Numbered from the stretch's first letter, positions 1 through 13,031 are shown. The stretch is 64,000 bases of DNA from Octopus sinensis (GCF_006345805.1 NC_043000.1:36580001-36644000); one strand, 5' to 3'. Translations and numbers: made by a program. The notes: a model not told the origin generated them from the letters alone.

Positions 1-402
1 TGCGAGGCTTTTGCAACCCCTCTTCTATCTGATAAACCTACACTGTCTAACCTTACATCTAAAACTCCATTCCAGTCCCTCACTAACACTATAGAACGGG
101 ACGTTCCTAGGAAGATTTCCAGACAGCTGAAGACATCTGGTCGTTCTTCCCTTGTCGAGGCATAAAAGGCAATTAACCTGAAAGTATGTCCTTCGCTGCC
201 TGTCACGTCCAGGACCACCGACTTACCTTCCGGATCCAAGAAGATCGTCTGTATTGCAAGATCCAGATTTTTTCCGAACCGTCACGGTAACTCCGCCTCC
301 CGCTCCTGGACGACTTGAAGATGCGTATACCTCAAAGTCAGCGTAAATGGGTTGGAAGTCCAGTGAGTTAGAAATTCTGGTTTCACTCATGGCCACCACG
401 TG
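1..402 (-). pseudogene. LINE ORF2 apurinic-type endonuclease fragment (frameshifted)
   Basis: HVVAMSETRIS...PGAGGGVTV, frameshift, then FLDPEGKSVVLDV...FRLIAFYAS...IVLVRDWNGVLD. These match the L1/Tx1 endonuclease motifs (xQET, GGVA, GDFN). Confidence 0.85.
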
Positions 403-569
403 GGAATTGGGTTTTTAAGTATGTGTATGTGTTTTTGTTGTTTGAATGATTTTTATGTGTGCAGGTAGGGGGTGGGGTCTGATAAAATCTTCTGCTGTAA
501 TGTTTGTGTGTGTTATTTTGAACTTCATCAATTCATTGTTTTTTTGTGCTTAATTTATGTTAGTTGTTC

Positions 570-1392
570 ATGTTATTTTGTGTGTGGGATGGCTTGTGTT
601 TCAGGTGTTAGAGGTCGGGGTCCGATGCAGCGTTTGTTTCGAGTGTATTTGTTTTTCTTGTTTTGATTTTTCCCCCCTCTACTTCTTGTGTGGATGAGAA
701 TTACTGTTGTTTGTTCATATGTTTTTTTTTCTTTGTGTCTCTTTTCCGTGTTTTTTGTTTTCAATTTCCACTCTACATTGCCGTCCAGCTTTCCACCTGT
801 GATGTCCACCCACCGCGCATCAGGAAGTGGAACATCGAGCATTGAGAAGTGTTTAGGGAAAATTCGGTGTCGGTTGTTGGTGTTGCCACAGCTGAATCTA
901 CTGATGGTGCTGCTGCTGCTGTCGCTCCAGTTCTGGTGGTTGTCTCTCTTTTTCAATCAGACTAGGGCAGAAAGGTTTTAAATGATTAGTCGAAAAGTAA
1001 ATATGGCACTCTGATTTCGTTCCATCTACCCTGACTGGAATTATGCTGCCTCCACGAAGAAGGATTTGGTCTAAGATGAGACCAACATTCCTTTGGGTCG
1101 TTTGGATGAGTTCTCTCGTCATCCCAGACCAGTTCTTCTTTTTGGTCTGACAGGTTAAGCGGATTTTCGAGTTTCCCCTCTATGCCTATTGTTATACTGC
1201 AGCAATTAGCCAAGGAATGGCTATTTCTGGCGGCACCTGGTGAATGATGATTTTGGCCAGACTCTGGCCGCAGAAGAAAGGAACCAACAACAGCTCCTCG
1301 CTTCTGGGAGCATTCAAAGAGTGATCTTTCGCTGCCTCCTCTGTGCGGAATCTAACCTCCACCGTCACATAGCCCCTTCGTTTAGATTCCAC
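570..1392 (-). pseudogene. LINE ORF1 (gag-like) remnant with degenerate CCHC zinc knuckle
   Basis: TVEVRFRTEEAAKDHS...LLLVPFFCGQSLAKIIIHQVPPEI. CHIYFSTNHLKPFC at 967-1008 fits CX2CX4HX4C with one C->Y change. Homologous to the 42745-43495 fragment. Confidence 0.7.
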
Positions 1393-2461
1393 GCATCTCT
1401 ATATATACATGTGGATCCCTGTAATCTAGCAGCTATTATAAAGGAGATAAGCATCCCCTTGTCACTTGAGGCGGGGTTGAGATTATGATTCTGTAATCTA
1501 GGAATTACCAGGAATGTTTAGGAATTAGAATTCATGTATTTACCGTTTATTTCTAATTGAATGCGAATTTCTCATCGGTAATCTCGTATAGAACTATCTT
1601 ATTGTTTTAAGAAATCCTCAGCTTAATATAACCCTGTGATTTATTAATTAAACATTATTTTACGAAGTGTCATTTCATTAAAGATGAAATTAAGCACAAT
1701 CTAGAGACTTGTATATACATAGATATGTATGTGTGTATACATACATATGTGTTTGTGTATGTATAGGAATATATTTGTATGTGTATATATATATTAAATG
1801 ATACATACATATAGAAAAGGAAGAGGAGAAATCGTGTAAGGAAGAAAGAGAATAAGCGAATGATATATACATCTACCCCGACCCATGTTCAATTTTCTGT
1901 TTCGTCCTCTATTTTAGAGCGGTTCCATTGTATAGTTTTACCATCTCTACACTATAAAGTTCCATTAATTTTTCAGTACATTTCTTCAGTTTTTCACCTG
2001 GTTCTTCTTCACATGAAGTTAAGCTGGAGTCAATCCGATTCGTCTTGTGTTTGAGGAGTTGCCAAAAAGGCACTCATTCTGATTAATTGCATTGTAGCAC
2101 TGTTACAAGCTAATTAGTAAATTGCACCAATTTATTGCATTTATTGTGAAGCAACTCTACTTTTTCAGCCTCTGTTTATTCGTTTACACATTTATTCGGC
2201 TGTTTTGTTTTGTTTTTATCTTCCTTTATTTTGGTGATTGCTTTATGACTGTGGAATCTTTAATATGAAGTTGGGAGTGAACAGCAGAAAATGTGAAGAA
2301 ACGCAACACTAAACAGATGTGAGTTTGTGCTTCCGTCGATCCGTAGTATGCCTATCGGATATAATTTTACGGTGAGCATTAATGACCTAGAAACTAAACT
2401 AGTGGCATGTTCTATTGCTCTTTGAAGGCTCGTGAAATAATGGCTATATCATTGCAGTCAT

Positions 2462-2650
2462 ATCGAGGCTTCGATTCCCGAGCCGGGAAATGTTTATATT
2501 ATTGAGCAATATAATTCCCTTCATTGCACATCGCTCCAATTCACTCAGTGTAAATGAATACCCTACGATGAACCAGCGCCCGCTCCAGTGGAAGTTGTGA
2601 CCTCACTCACTTTGACATCATGGAAAGAGGGTAACTGGAGCTAGCAATAC
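2462..2650 (+). mobile_element. Decayed tRNA-derived SINE
   Basis: B-box-like ggcttcgattcccg followed by gctccaattcactcagtgtaaatgaatacc, similar to the 33724-34022 SINE body. Confidence 0.55.
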
Positions 2651-3279
2651 CCGGATTCGGGACAATAATATTCAGCGCTAATGTTTCTTTTTATTGCTGG
2701 TGCCGTTGTTGATATTGTCTTTAATATCACGTCGCCTTCAGTGATTTTATTTTTATGAGTTGTTGCTTTGTTGTTCTTGTTGTAGTTCATAATCAAGTAA
2801 AATTGCCATCAAAGCTTTATATTCTTGACCGCTCGACAATATTTTCAAGCCATCATAACCAATTTATCTGGAACCGCATCATTGTCTGTAAATATATCCT
2901 TCCAATTCGTTATCTGCGATTTAAAAGAATTTTGACTCGTATTTCTAGGGAGTCGAGGACCATATTCAGACACCTTGTTGACCCCGTTTCGATAAGTTTT
3001 CAAGGGCATTGGGGGCTACACCTACTCTGTGCATCTTCCTTGCTAGACTCTCCTAAATATGAGACAGGAATAATGGAATGGTTAGAATCCTATAGACAAC
3101 TTGGCAACATTGTTACTTCCAGATATCAAAAGTAACACAAAGAACTGTCACTGGTAAGAAGGCACCTTAAAACAAACACCATTTCTTTATTGTTTTAAAT
3201 TCCGCTTAGCTTACATTCATTGAGACTTCTTCAAATTTGAAGAATTTATCCTTCAAAGAATCTTATATTTAATCTTTTA

Positions 3280-3348
3280 AAGCCTTGTGAGTGGATTAGG
3301 TAGACGGAAACTTAAAGAAGCCCGTCGAATATAATGTATGTATCTATG

Positions 3349-3389
<41 letters not shown>

Positions 3390-3597
3390 ATGTTTATGTG
3401 TCTGTGTTTGTCCCCCCGCAACATCGCTTGACAACCGATGCTGGTGTGTTTACGTCCCCGTAACTTAACGGTTCGGAAAAAGAGACGGATAGAATAAGTA
3501 CTAGGCTTACAAAGAATAAGTCCTGGGGTCGATTTGCACGACTAAAGGCGGTGCTCCAGCATGGCCACAGTCAAATGACTGAAACAAATAAAAGAGT
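3280..3597 (+). mobile_element. SINE family A, 5'-truncated, with internal (TA)n(TG)n
   Basis: Aligns with the full copies at 26140 and 31246 from gccttgtgagtggatt to gactgaaacaaataaaagag. Confidence 0.9.
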
Positions 3598-3689
3598 ACG
3601 AGATATATATATATATTACGTGATCACTGATCCAGCAGACAAACGGATATTATTGTACATCGCTGGTTACAATGCTCTTTCCATCATTT

Positions 3690-3900
3690 TAGCTTTCGAA
3701 TAATGCCACCCCGCTGGCTAGGCCAGCATGCCAACATTCCCTCGAATCGGAAGGCTAGACCGTTGCAGGGTCACCCATTTACAGTTTAGTGTAAATATAT
3801 ACATATAAATATGGAATGAAGTGTTTGACCCAAGAGCGCAACAGGCACCTCGGTTCGGGAATTGCACACACGATGTGGTCACGTAAGTTCAACACACTGA
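3690..3900 (-). mobile_element. Decayed SINE-like repeat
   Basis: Minus strand has a B-box-like tgcaattcccgaaccg followed by gttgcgctcttgggtcaaacact. Confidence 0.4.
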
Positions 3901-3940
3901 CCACAACGACACGCGCCTCCACAGACACACACACACACAC

Positions 3941-3996
<56 letters not shown>

Positions 3997-3999
3997 CGG

Positions 4000-4250
4000 T
4001 TGTATTCTGTCAACTTAACGTGACAGTCCCGTAACGGGAAACACACACCGTTATTTAGCCCTAGGAAGCATCGACGCTTCCTGTCGGCTTTGACACATTT
4101 CCTGTGTCCTTATATTTACGAAGGGGAGACAAGCACCCCCAAAAGCTAGGCCTGCATCCAGAGACATGCATGTTTCTGAGTCTTGCTCATCATCAGTCTG
4201 GAGTAGCATGGCCTGCAAGCTGAAGATGCTACTAAAACCTCCGTAAATAT
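4000..4250 (-). mobile_element. Probable Penelope-like element terminal (pLTR) fragment carrying a hammerhead
   Basis: Contains the intact type I hammerhead; its 3' side runs into (GA)n/(TA)n. Confidence 0.55.
4157..4202 (-). ncRNA. Type I hammerhead ribozyme, intact
   Basis: UCCAGA-CUGAUGA-UGAG(CAAGA)CUCA-GAAA-CAUGCAUG-UC|UCUGGA: 6-bp stem I, 4-bp stem II, palindromic stem III, GUC cleavage triplet. Confidence 0.9.
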
Positions 4251-6151
4251 ATAAATTTTCAGTGAGGTTTATTCACTGATCACCAATATATATATATTTG
4301 TCACAGTACGTGTATTTTTCTCAGAAAGAAGCAGTTTTGAAACAGAAGTCATAAAATCCATAGTCTATACCAATATCCATAAACATACTGACATCATAAC
4401 ATAAAAACACGCAGAAATACTCAAATATAAGTGAAGCTAAAATATAAATCAATTCGTTCCTTTGTTATATGTTGGTTTGATATTGGATACAAGAAGCATA
4501 TCCTACGTCATTATCTCAAACACAGCAATACTACGCGCAATTCACGTATTATTGAAACGTAAACACACTCACACATAATTAATTTAGAATTGAAATATAC
4601 TGCGAGTTTTATATATAAGATATATTGTAAATTGGTTAACGTTTACAAAATGAATGCAATGCAAAGGATGACGTATATACTGTGGAAGTCCATAAGTGCG
4701 CTGTGGTATCTCCAACTTGCGAAATGACTTTTATAATATTTGCTGTATGACGTTAAATATACAGTTTCGGCAGAGTTGGTAGCACAGAATTACTTTGAAT
4801 ATTACCAACATTTCGTCACGGAAAATCATACACCATTAGGCTGTATATTTTCATTAGGTTAAGTGAGTTTATGCAGACTCGGCCAGAGCCAATACTGGCA
4901 GAAACCTATCAAAATGTTAATATATATATGTGTGTGTGTGTTTGTCCCCATATTATATTTTGTGAAATTTGATTTAGTAATTCTAAATTGAATTTTTCCC
5001 TGAAAGTTTGGAATAATATTCCTTCATATATATACACACACACATATAAATATATACATATAAATATGTATTACATACATGTATATTTACACACATATAA
5101 ATATGTATTACATACATGTATATATACATACATAACAATACATACATTAATAGTTATCGCCAAGCTAACATCGCAGTCCAGGAAAATAGGACGAATGCTG
5201 CCGTTGATTAGCTCCAAGAGGCCATCGCCTCTATCTAGCTTTGTGATACATATACCTGTGTCCATTACAACCTTCGAGATTTAGAAACATTAATATTTCT
5301 ATTTTTGAAAACAAGTGGATGTGTTTCTCTTATCTAAAAGAATTGAGATGAGCGACGTATCGTATTTTAAAATATATGGTGGATTCTATATATATATATA
5401 TAGCTGTATAACTGTGTAATGTGTTGAGGACGGTGCATTTATAAATTACATTGATCTTCTACAGTGGGTTTCTCGAGGCAGATGGACCCAGGAGATGTTC
5501 TAGATGGGGTAGGAAGGTCTAACTTGTTTGTATTATTATTACTATTATCGTTATAATTGCTATCGTTGTTAATTATTCTATAATAAACGGTGGTGGAAGT
5601 TGTGGTAGTATTCTGGTAGTATTAGTAGGATAGGTTGGGTTATGGTTGTGGTCTAACGTATGGGGTTCAACGATGGAGCTGTGTGTACGTTGGGCGCTTG
5701 TGTATTCAGAGTTGTTATAGTGTGAGATTTGATAGTTGAGAGAAAGCTTTTGTTTATTAGAGACTGCTATGATAAGCACGAAGTTGGGTGGAATAGGATA
5801 GCGTCAGGGTAGATTTAATAAAGATAGAGTAATATTTATGTTGACGAGGAAATATAGAGTCCAGTATATGAAAAAACGATGTGTGAGTATGTGCGATGTG
5901 TGCCTGGTTGCATCCCAACGGCACGGTTCCGAATTCCGGAGGCATACAGCTATGTTGAAAATAGATAAAAATGAAACAAAATTGTCATGGATGAATTTAA
6001 CATATATATATATATATATATATATAATTCAAAATAAGCAACAAGTATATCCAAGTTAGAGTAGTACAATCGTTTCATGCTACTTCATTTTCTTAAACAC
6101 TGTAAGTATTACATCAGTTTTAAAATGTCGAGCAATCTCCAGTCACTTATA

Positions 6152-6514
6152 TATATAGGCAGGGCTGGCCTGCTAGGTAGCCGGCCGAATGCTAGAAAGA
6201 GATCATCAACGATCAAACTACAAGGGAAATTCTCTAGAGGAAGAATTCAGCGAACACCAGAACCAAATTTGGGGGGCAGGACATATGAAAATTTAAATAA
6301 AAAACAGACTTAAATGCATACCTCGGTTTCGGTCTTTAACAAAAGAATTACTTACATAATTCAAATGTCCGTGACTTCATCAGTACATTCGGTCATCGAG
6401 ATGCAAACTGTAAAACTAACCCCAGCTCTCTGAGAATTTCCCTTGTAGTTTGATCGTTGATGATCTCTTTCTAGCATTCGGCCGGCTACCTAGCAGGCCA
6501 GCCCTGCCTATATA
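6152..6514. mobile_element. MITE-like element with perfect 83-bp terminal inverted repeats, TA-flanked
   Basis: 6152-6234 is the exact reverse complement of 6432-6514; the core is 197 bp. Confidence 0.8.
6313..6389 (-). ncRNA. Type I hammerhead ribozyme with long stem II (G10.1->A change)
   Basis: AAUGUA-CUGAUGA-AGUC...GACC-GAAA-CCGAGG-UA|UGCAUU; internal GAAUUA/UAAUUC hairpin extends stem II. Confidence 0.75.
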
Positions 6515-6615
6515 CACATATATTAGAATTTTCTCTGACTTCTCAGATTTTTTGAATGCTGGACTACTGGTTTTAAATTGATATTAAAATTAATATTAAT
6601 TTATCTCCTTCATTA

Positions 6616-6617
<2 letters not shown>

Positions 6618-6680
<63 letters not shown>
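6618..6680. repeat. (TA)n microsatellite
   Basis: Pure TA run. Confidence 0.95.
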
Positions 6681-6687
<7 letters not shown>

Positions 6688-7959
6688 CATACATACAAAG
6701 TCGAAAGTTTCTTACTAAAGTCGACCAGCATAAATCTAAACCAGTACATCTTAAACTATTTTCAAAAATACTTTCTCATATATTTTCCTAACTTTAAAAC
6801 AACATTCGATTTACTATAAAAATAATTATTTTCTCCATCATTGTCTATCAATGTTTATCAACAATGGATTGCATTATAACGACAATACTTTCATGAAACG
6901 ATCGTAAGATGCATTAACAAATTTTTAAGCTGTCATGCTTCATATATTTACATATATTTTTAATACAATACTATTTCAGACATAACTATCTTTGTGAGAA
7001 TTTTTTTTGGTATTCAATTTGATGCTATTATCATTTCAAAATACAGTATATATAATTGCTCGTATTAATGTCTAAATACTTTATAGTATTAATATTTTTG
7101 ACATTTCATGCAAAGAGCACTCATTATGAATTCAGTGTATAATATTCAAAACAGTATATATTTAATTACTGATATATATATAGATAAAAATAAAATTTCA
7201 AATCATAGAAATACTATAAAATGAAAGCTAATTGAATTCATATAAAGTTATTTAATAGATATATACATCCTTTCGACACCCCTTGTGACAGAGGTACATC
7301 GAGAATGAGAGAGAGAGGGGGGAGGTAAGCTAGTTCGTATACATTTTCAGATGAGTTGTCTGGGGTAGAGTGAAATGAAATGCCTTGCTCAAAAATACAA
7401 CACGTCGCTCAATCCAGAAAATAAACATGCATTACGATTCTAAAACAAACATTCTAAACGCAGTTTCATGTTTTCACCGTATTTTTACATCCGTATTTGC
7501 AGCCCTTCAGACTTAAGATTTACCCGTGGAAAAGTTTCTAAATGTAAGAAATATAGATTCAATTATGAATTCATTAAATATATATTATTAATATTAATAC
7601 CTATGTTCTTAAAATTGCTTCTTCCAACACACACACACACACACACACTTCTTTACTGTCCCATCAACGACATATAGAACATCGGGGTCTATTTAGGAAC
7701 TGATGTCAAGGAGATTATTAAAAATATATTAGCAACAGACGCAGAGGTTTGGCTGCTTTGTGTGGCTACTGGATGTATTTCATTGAAGAGACTAAACAGC
7801 AAAACCACTTAATCTGACAGTTCCGACGGTTCTCTTTTGCCAATGATATAAAAACAAGTGTTGTGCACCACAAGTCCATATGAGACGTCCTCTCAATGTA
7901 AATAACGCAGAATTATGTGCCCCAACCCAAAGTCCACGTTACGTTGGTGATGACGATTG

Positions 7960-8731
7960 CATTTTCCTATTAATACTGCTTCGATCTCTATTATAACGCC
8001 AATACCTCTTGTGTCCATCTCCTATGTTCATGCCTTCAGGTTTTCACCTCATACACGCCAGCTCAATTGGATTCATTCTCAGTCGAAAGATACCTGTTGT
8101 TATTTCTTGTTGTTTGTATTCGTAATTGTGTACCATGTTCTCCGTTTTTTGTTTTTATTTTGTTTGTTTGTTTGTTTTGTCTTTCTTGCCGCACATATTC
8201 TAATGCACTTACCTTAGAATTTTTGGGGGGCAACCAGATCGAACCATCTGAAGTGTAACTGCCCGAAATGGTCGTGACTTCTGGAACTTGACTGAGGAAA
8301 GAAAATCACAAATGACGCGTCTTTTTTTGCCGGGCCTTCTAATTGTTGTTTCTCTTGTCCGCCTTTGTATCGTCTATCTGTCCGAACATTTTAATGCCCT
8401 CTATTTATATTGCGTCTTTCTCCAATATATATATATATATATATATAACCAAATTGAAGGATAGGAAGTAAAATTGAAGCTACATATGTTTCGTAGTTAG
8501 TAGATCCTCTCATGTAATAATTACTCAACGAGGTACTCAACTGCCACTTATCAGGTCGAAGATACCTTAAATTTATGAAGGTTACAAATATCTTCTCAGC
8601 TTCGATATGGGAAAAGCCTACAAACTTCTGTGCCCAAAAATTATTATTGTACCTGAAAATTGTTCTTTATACTTACCAAGGTGAGCTCAAAGCTTATAAA
8701 CTTCCTACACTTATATCTTTGGATGTTATGA

Positions 8732-8745
<14 letters not shown>
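7960..8745. mobile_element. Two back-to-back decayed Penelope-like terminal fragments around a (TA)n
   Basis: Hammerhead relics at 8245-8276 (+; CTGAAG...CTGCCC-GAAAT-GGTC) and 8477-8558 (-; CTGATAA-GTGG...CTAC-GAAAC-ATAT-GTA). Confidence 0.35.

Positions 8746-8811
<66 letters not shown>
8737..8811. repeat. (TA)n microsatellite
   Basis: Pure TA run. Confidence 0.95.
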
Positions 8812-8816
<5 letters not shown>

Positions 8817-9289
8817 GCACAAATAATTCAAGGTGATAGGTGGTATGTATAAGGGCAATATACAAAAAACGTACGTATCAAATATCAAATGGCATGCAAC
8901 ATAATTTCTTCACAACGTGAAAACACGTGTATGTACGTATGTATTTTATAAAAAAAGTATGTATATATATAAATATATATATGTGTATGTGTGTGTGTTT
9001 ATATATATGTATATATATAATTATAATTATATGGATGTCTAGCAGAAGCGCTCGCGTGACAAGAACTTACCAAATGACGCCTTCATCCTTTCATCTAGAT
9101 TGCATTTGAAAATTTCTTTTAAATTGTATCTATTTTGACTCCTAATATTTGAAGCTGTGACCGTTTTCTGTTCTCACGAAACCTTAAATAATATGTTTCG
9201 AATTCAACCTGTTATTAAACGGTTACAATTCAAACTGGAGCTGATGCGCACTTTCATGCGTTTGATCAACAAATATACATACAAATAGA

Positions 9290-9509
9290 TGCACACGTGT
9301 GTATGTATGCATGTATGTGTGTATGTATGTATGTATGTGTGTGTGTAAATATCTGCGTTTCTAGTTGTGTGCATATATATGTATATATATATATATATGT
9401 GTGCGTATATATATGCATTTGTGTACATATATATATAGATATAGATGTGTCTATATATGTATGTATATATGTGTGTGCACATACAGATGTATATATATAT
9501 ATACTTATG

Positions 9510-9602
<93 letters not shown>

Positions 9603-9625
9603 GTATGTGTATATATATGTATGTG

Positions 9626-9656
<31 letters not shown>

Positions 9657-9667
9657 GTATATGTATG

Positions 9668-9739
<72 letters not shown>

Positions 9740-9748
9740 TATGTATGT

Positions 9749-9823
<75 letters not shown>

Positions 9824-10055
9824 TATGTATGTAATATTATATATGTATGTATATATATATATATATGTATGTATATTATATATATATATGTATGTATATA
9901 TATATATTATGTATGTATAATATATATATAGTATGTATATATATATATATGTATGTATATATTATATATGTATGTATATATATATATATGTATTATATAT
10001 ATATATATATATGTATGTATATATATATATATGTAATATATAATATATATGTATG

Positions 10056-10089
<34 letters not shown>

Positions 10090-10188
10090 TGTAGTATATA
10101 TATATATATATGTATGTAATATATATATATATGTATGTATATATATATATATGTATGTATATATATATGTATGTATGTATATTATATG

Positions 10189-10220
<32 letters not shown>

Positions 10221-11465
10221 TGTATGTATGTATATATATATGTATGTATATATATATATGTATGTATGTATATATATATGTATGTATGTATATATATATG
10301 TATGTATATATGTATATATGTATATATATATATGTATGTATGTATATATGTATGTATGTATATATGTATGTATGTATATATATATGTATGTATGTATATA
10401 TATGTATATATATATATACGTATGTATGTATATATATGTATATATATGTATATATATATATACGTATGTATGTATATATATGTATATATATATATACGTA
10501 TGCATATATATATATACGTATGTATATATGTATGTATGTATATATATGTATATATATATATACGTATGCATATATATATACGTATGTATATATGTATGTA
10601 TGTATATATATGTATATATATATATACGTATGCATATATATATACGTATGTATATATGTATGTATGTATGTATATATATATACGTATGTATATATATATA
10701 CGTATGTATATATATATACGTATGTATATATATATACGTATGTATATATGTATGTGTATATATGTATGTGTATATATGTATGTGTATATATGTATGTATA
10801 TATATGTATGTATGTGTATATATGTATGTATATATATGTATGTATGTATATATATGTATATATATACGTATGTATATATATGTATATATATACGTATGTA
10901 TATATATGTATATATATACGTATGTATATATATGTATATATACGTATGTATATATATGTATATATATACGTATGTATATATATGTATATATATACGTATG
11001 TATATATATGTATATATATACGTATGTATATATATGTATATATATACGTATGTATATATATGTATATATATACGTATGTATATATATACGTATGTATATA
11101 TATGTATATATATACGTATGTATATATATGTATATATATACGTATGTATATATATGTATATATATACGTATGTATATATATATGTATATATATACGTATG
11201 TATATATATATGTATATATATACGTATGTATATATATGTATATATATACGTATGTATATATATATGTATATATACGTATGTATATATATATGTATATATA
11301 CGTATGTATATATATATGTATATATATACGTATGTATATATATATGTATATATATACGTATGTATATATGTGTATGTATGTATATGTATGTATATATATA
11401 TATATATATATATGTGCATTCGTTTGTAGGTATGTGTATGTATGCAAGTATATGCGTACGTGAGC
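9290..11465. repeat. ~2.2-kb compound (TA)/(TATG)/(TACGTATG) satellite
   Basis: Alternating purine-pyrimidine array; ~20-24-bp higher-order unit containing TACGTA from ~10418. Confidence 0.95.
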
Positions 11466-12025
11466 ATGCGTGTGTATTCGAGACGCATGATGAAACCGTA
11501 ATACACAGACCACATACCTCTGCAGTGTTCTCGTTATAAGGTTCACAACACAGAACACATGTAACAATTGCTCGTTATTTTTCTCTGTTTTCTTAAATTC
11601 CATCTTCTATTATTTTTCTATCTAAATTTAGCTAACTAGGCATTGCGTTGTTAATGTTCGCAAGCATCATTATTTCCAGCATTAACTTCTCAAATACTTT
11701 GATGCTATGTTCAAAGACACCTTCTCCCATCTATTCTGCAATATTTCTATAGCATTTAACCAATATGACATCAAATCATTGGACTTTGTTTCCTATCAAC
11801 CGTGTTAAAATACTCCAGCATCTTTTCACGCAACGCTCGCAATTTCATGTCGTTACTTACTTGTAATTTTTTTACCCTTGTATTTTCTGTTATTTTCTGT
11901 TTATTTCTCCCAAGTCGTAAAGTGCCGCCTCTTTACTCTCATCACGTTTTTCTCGTTCACTCTTCATGCTCATTCTTTCTCTCAACATCTTGCAACATTG
12001 CTTTCCAACACAAGCGCAGCACGAC

Positions 12026-12063
12026 ACTACGTTCACCACTACCACCACCACCACCACCACCAA

Positions 12064-12128
<65 letters not shown>

Positions 12129-12158
12129 ATAATAATAAAATAATAATAATAATAATAA
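12026..12158. repeat. Compound trinucleotide repeat (CAC)n-(TAC)n-(AAT)n
   Basis: Direct reading. Confidence 0.95.
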
Positions 12159-12700
12159 GGCGGTGAGCTGGCAGAATCGTTAACTGGAAGAAATACTTAG
12201 CGGTATTTCACTCGTCGCTGCCTTCTGAGTTCAAATTCCGCCGAGGTCTACTTTACCTTTTATCGTTCAGGGGTCGATAAAATAAGTACCAGTTGAACAC
12301 TGGGTTCGATGTAATCGACTCATTCCCTCCACCAAAGTTGCTGCCTTTGAAATTATCATTATTATTATCATTATTATTATTATTAAGGCAGTAAGCTGGC
12401 AGAATTGTTAGCATGCTGGACGAAATGCTTAGCGATATTTCGCCCGTCGCTACGTTCTAAGTTCAAGTTCCGCCGAGGTCGACTTTGCCTTTCATCCTTT
12501 CGGGCTCGATATTATAAGTACCAGTTGATATCTGGGATCGATGTAATCGAACTGACTCCTCCTCCAAAATTTCAATCCTTGTGTCTATAATAGAAAGGTT
12601 ATCATTATTATTATTATTATTATTATTACATAAAGCAACAAAAATGCAGAAATGTTAGCACGCGGGACAAAATGCTTCGCGGCATTTTACCTGAACTTGT
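12156..12700 (+). mobile_element. Head-to-tail chain of SINE family B (two full copies plus a decayed head) separated by (ATT)n
   Basis: Copies start taaggcggtgagctggcagaatcg (12156) and taaggcagtaagctggcag (12384); both have B-box gttcaaattcc and the gcctttcatcctttcgggg module. Confidence 0.9.
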
Positions 12701-12734
12701 TATGTTACCAGTAAAAAAAAAAAACAGTTCAATA

Positions 12735-12866
12735 TATATGTGCGTCTTTGTCTCTGTGTTTGTGCTGCACCACCGTTTTTCAGACGGTGTTGGTGTGTTT
12801 ACATCTACATTGATTCGACTAAAAATACTTCAAGGCGGTGCCCCAGTATGGACGTAGTCTAATGGG
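12735..12866 (+). mobile_element. SINE family A 3' fragment
   Basis: ggtgtgtttac...caaggcggtgccccagtatgg. Confidence 0.7.
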
Positions 12867-12975
12867 GTTTCCATTATTTTAGAGAAGTAGAATTAATAAA
12901 CATGCACTTGACTAAAATGCATTTTAATGTCAATTTATACGTAAATTGTCATAAAACCAAACCTTTATATACATG

Positions 12976-13031
<56 letters not shown>

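Larger units (their letters stand above)
1..1400 (-). mobile_element. Decayed L1-clade (Tx1-like) non-LTR retrotransposon, 5' part (ORF1 plus start of ORF2); continues off the left edge
   Basis: Minus-strand translation gives frameshifted ORF1 pieces with a gag-like knuckle, followed by an APE endonuclease. Confidence 0.85.

Noticed and set aside
7699-7748. Micro-exon candidates (GTDVKEIIKNILATDAE; also DYETMQIK near 17325-17349)
   Set aside because: Too short with weak acceptors; expected by chance.
9297-11603. 200-517 aa ORFs (YICM/HIY repeats); similar ORFs at 18608-20660, 41468-42360 and 63104-63547
   Set aside because: Stop-free translations of TA/TG microsatellites.
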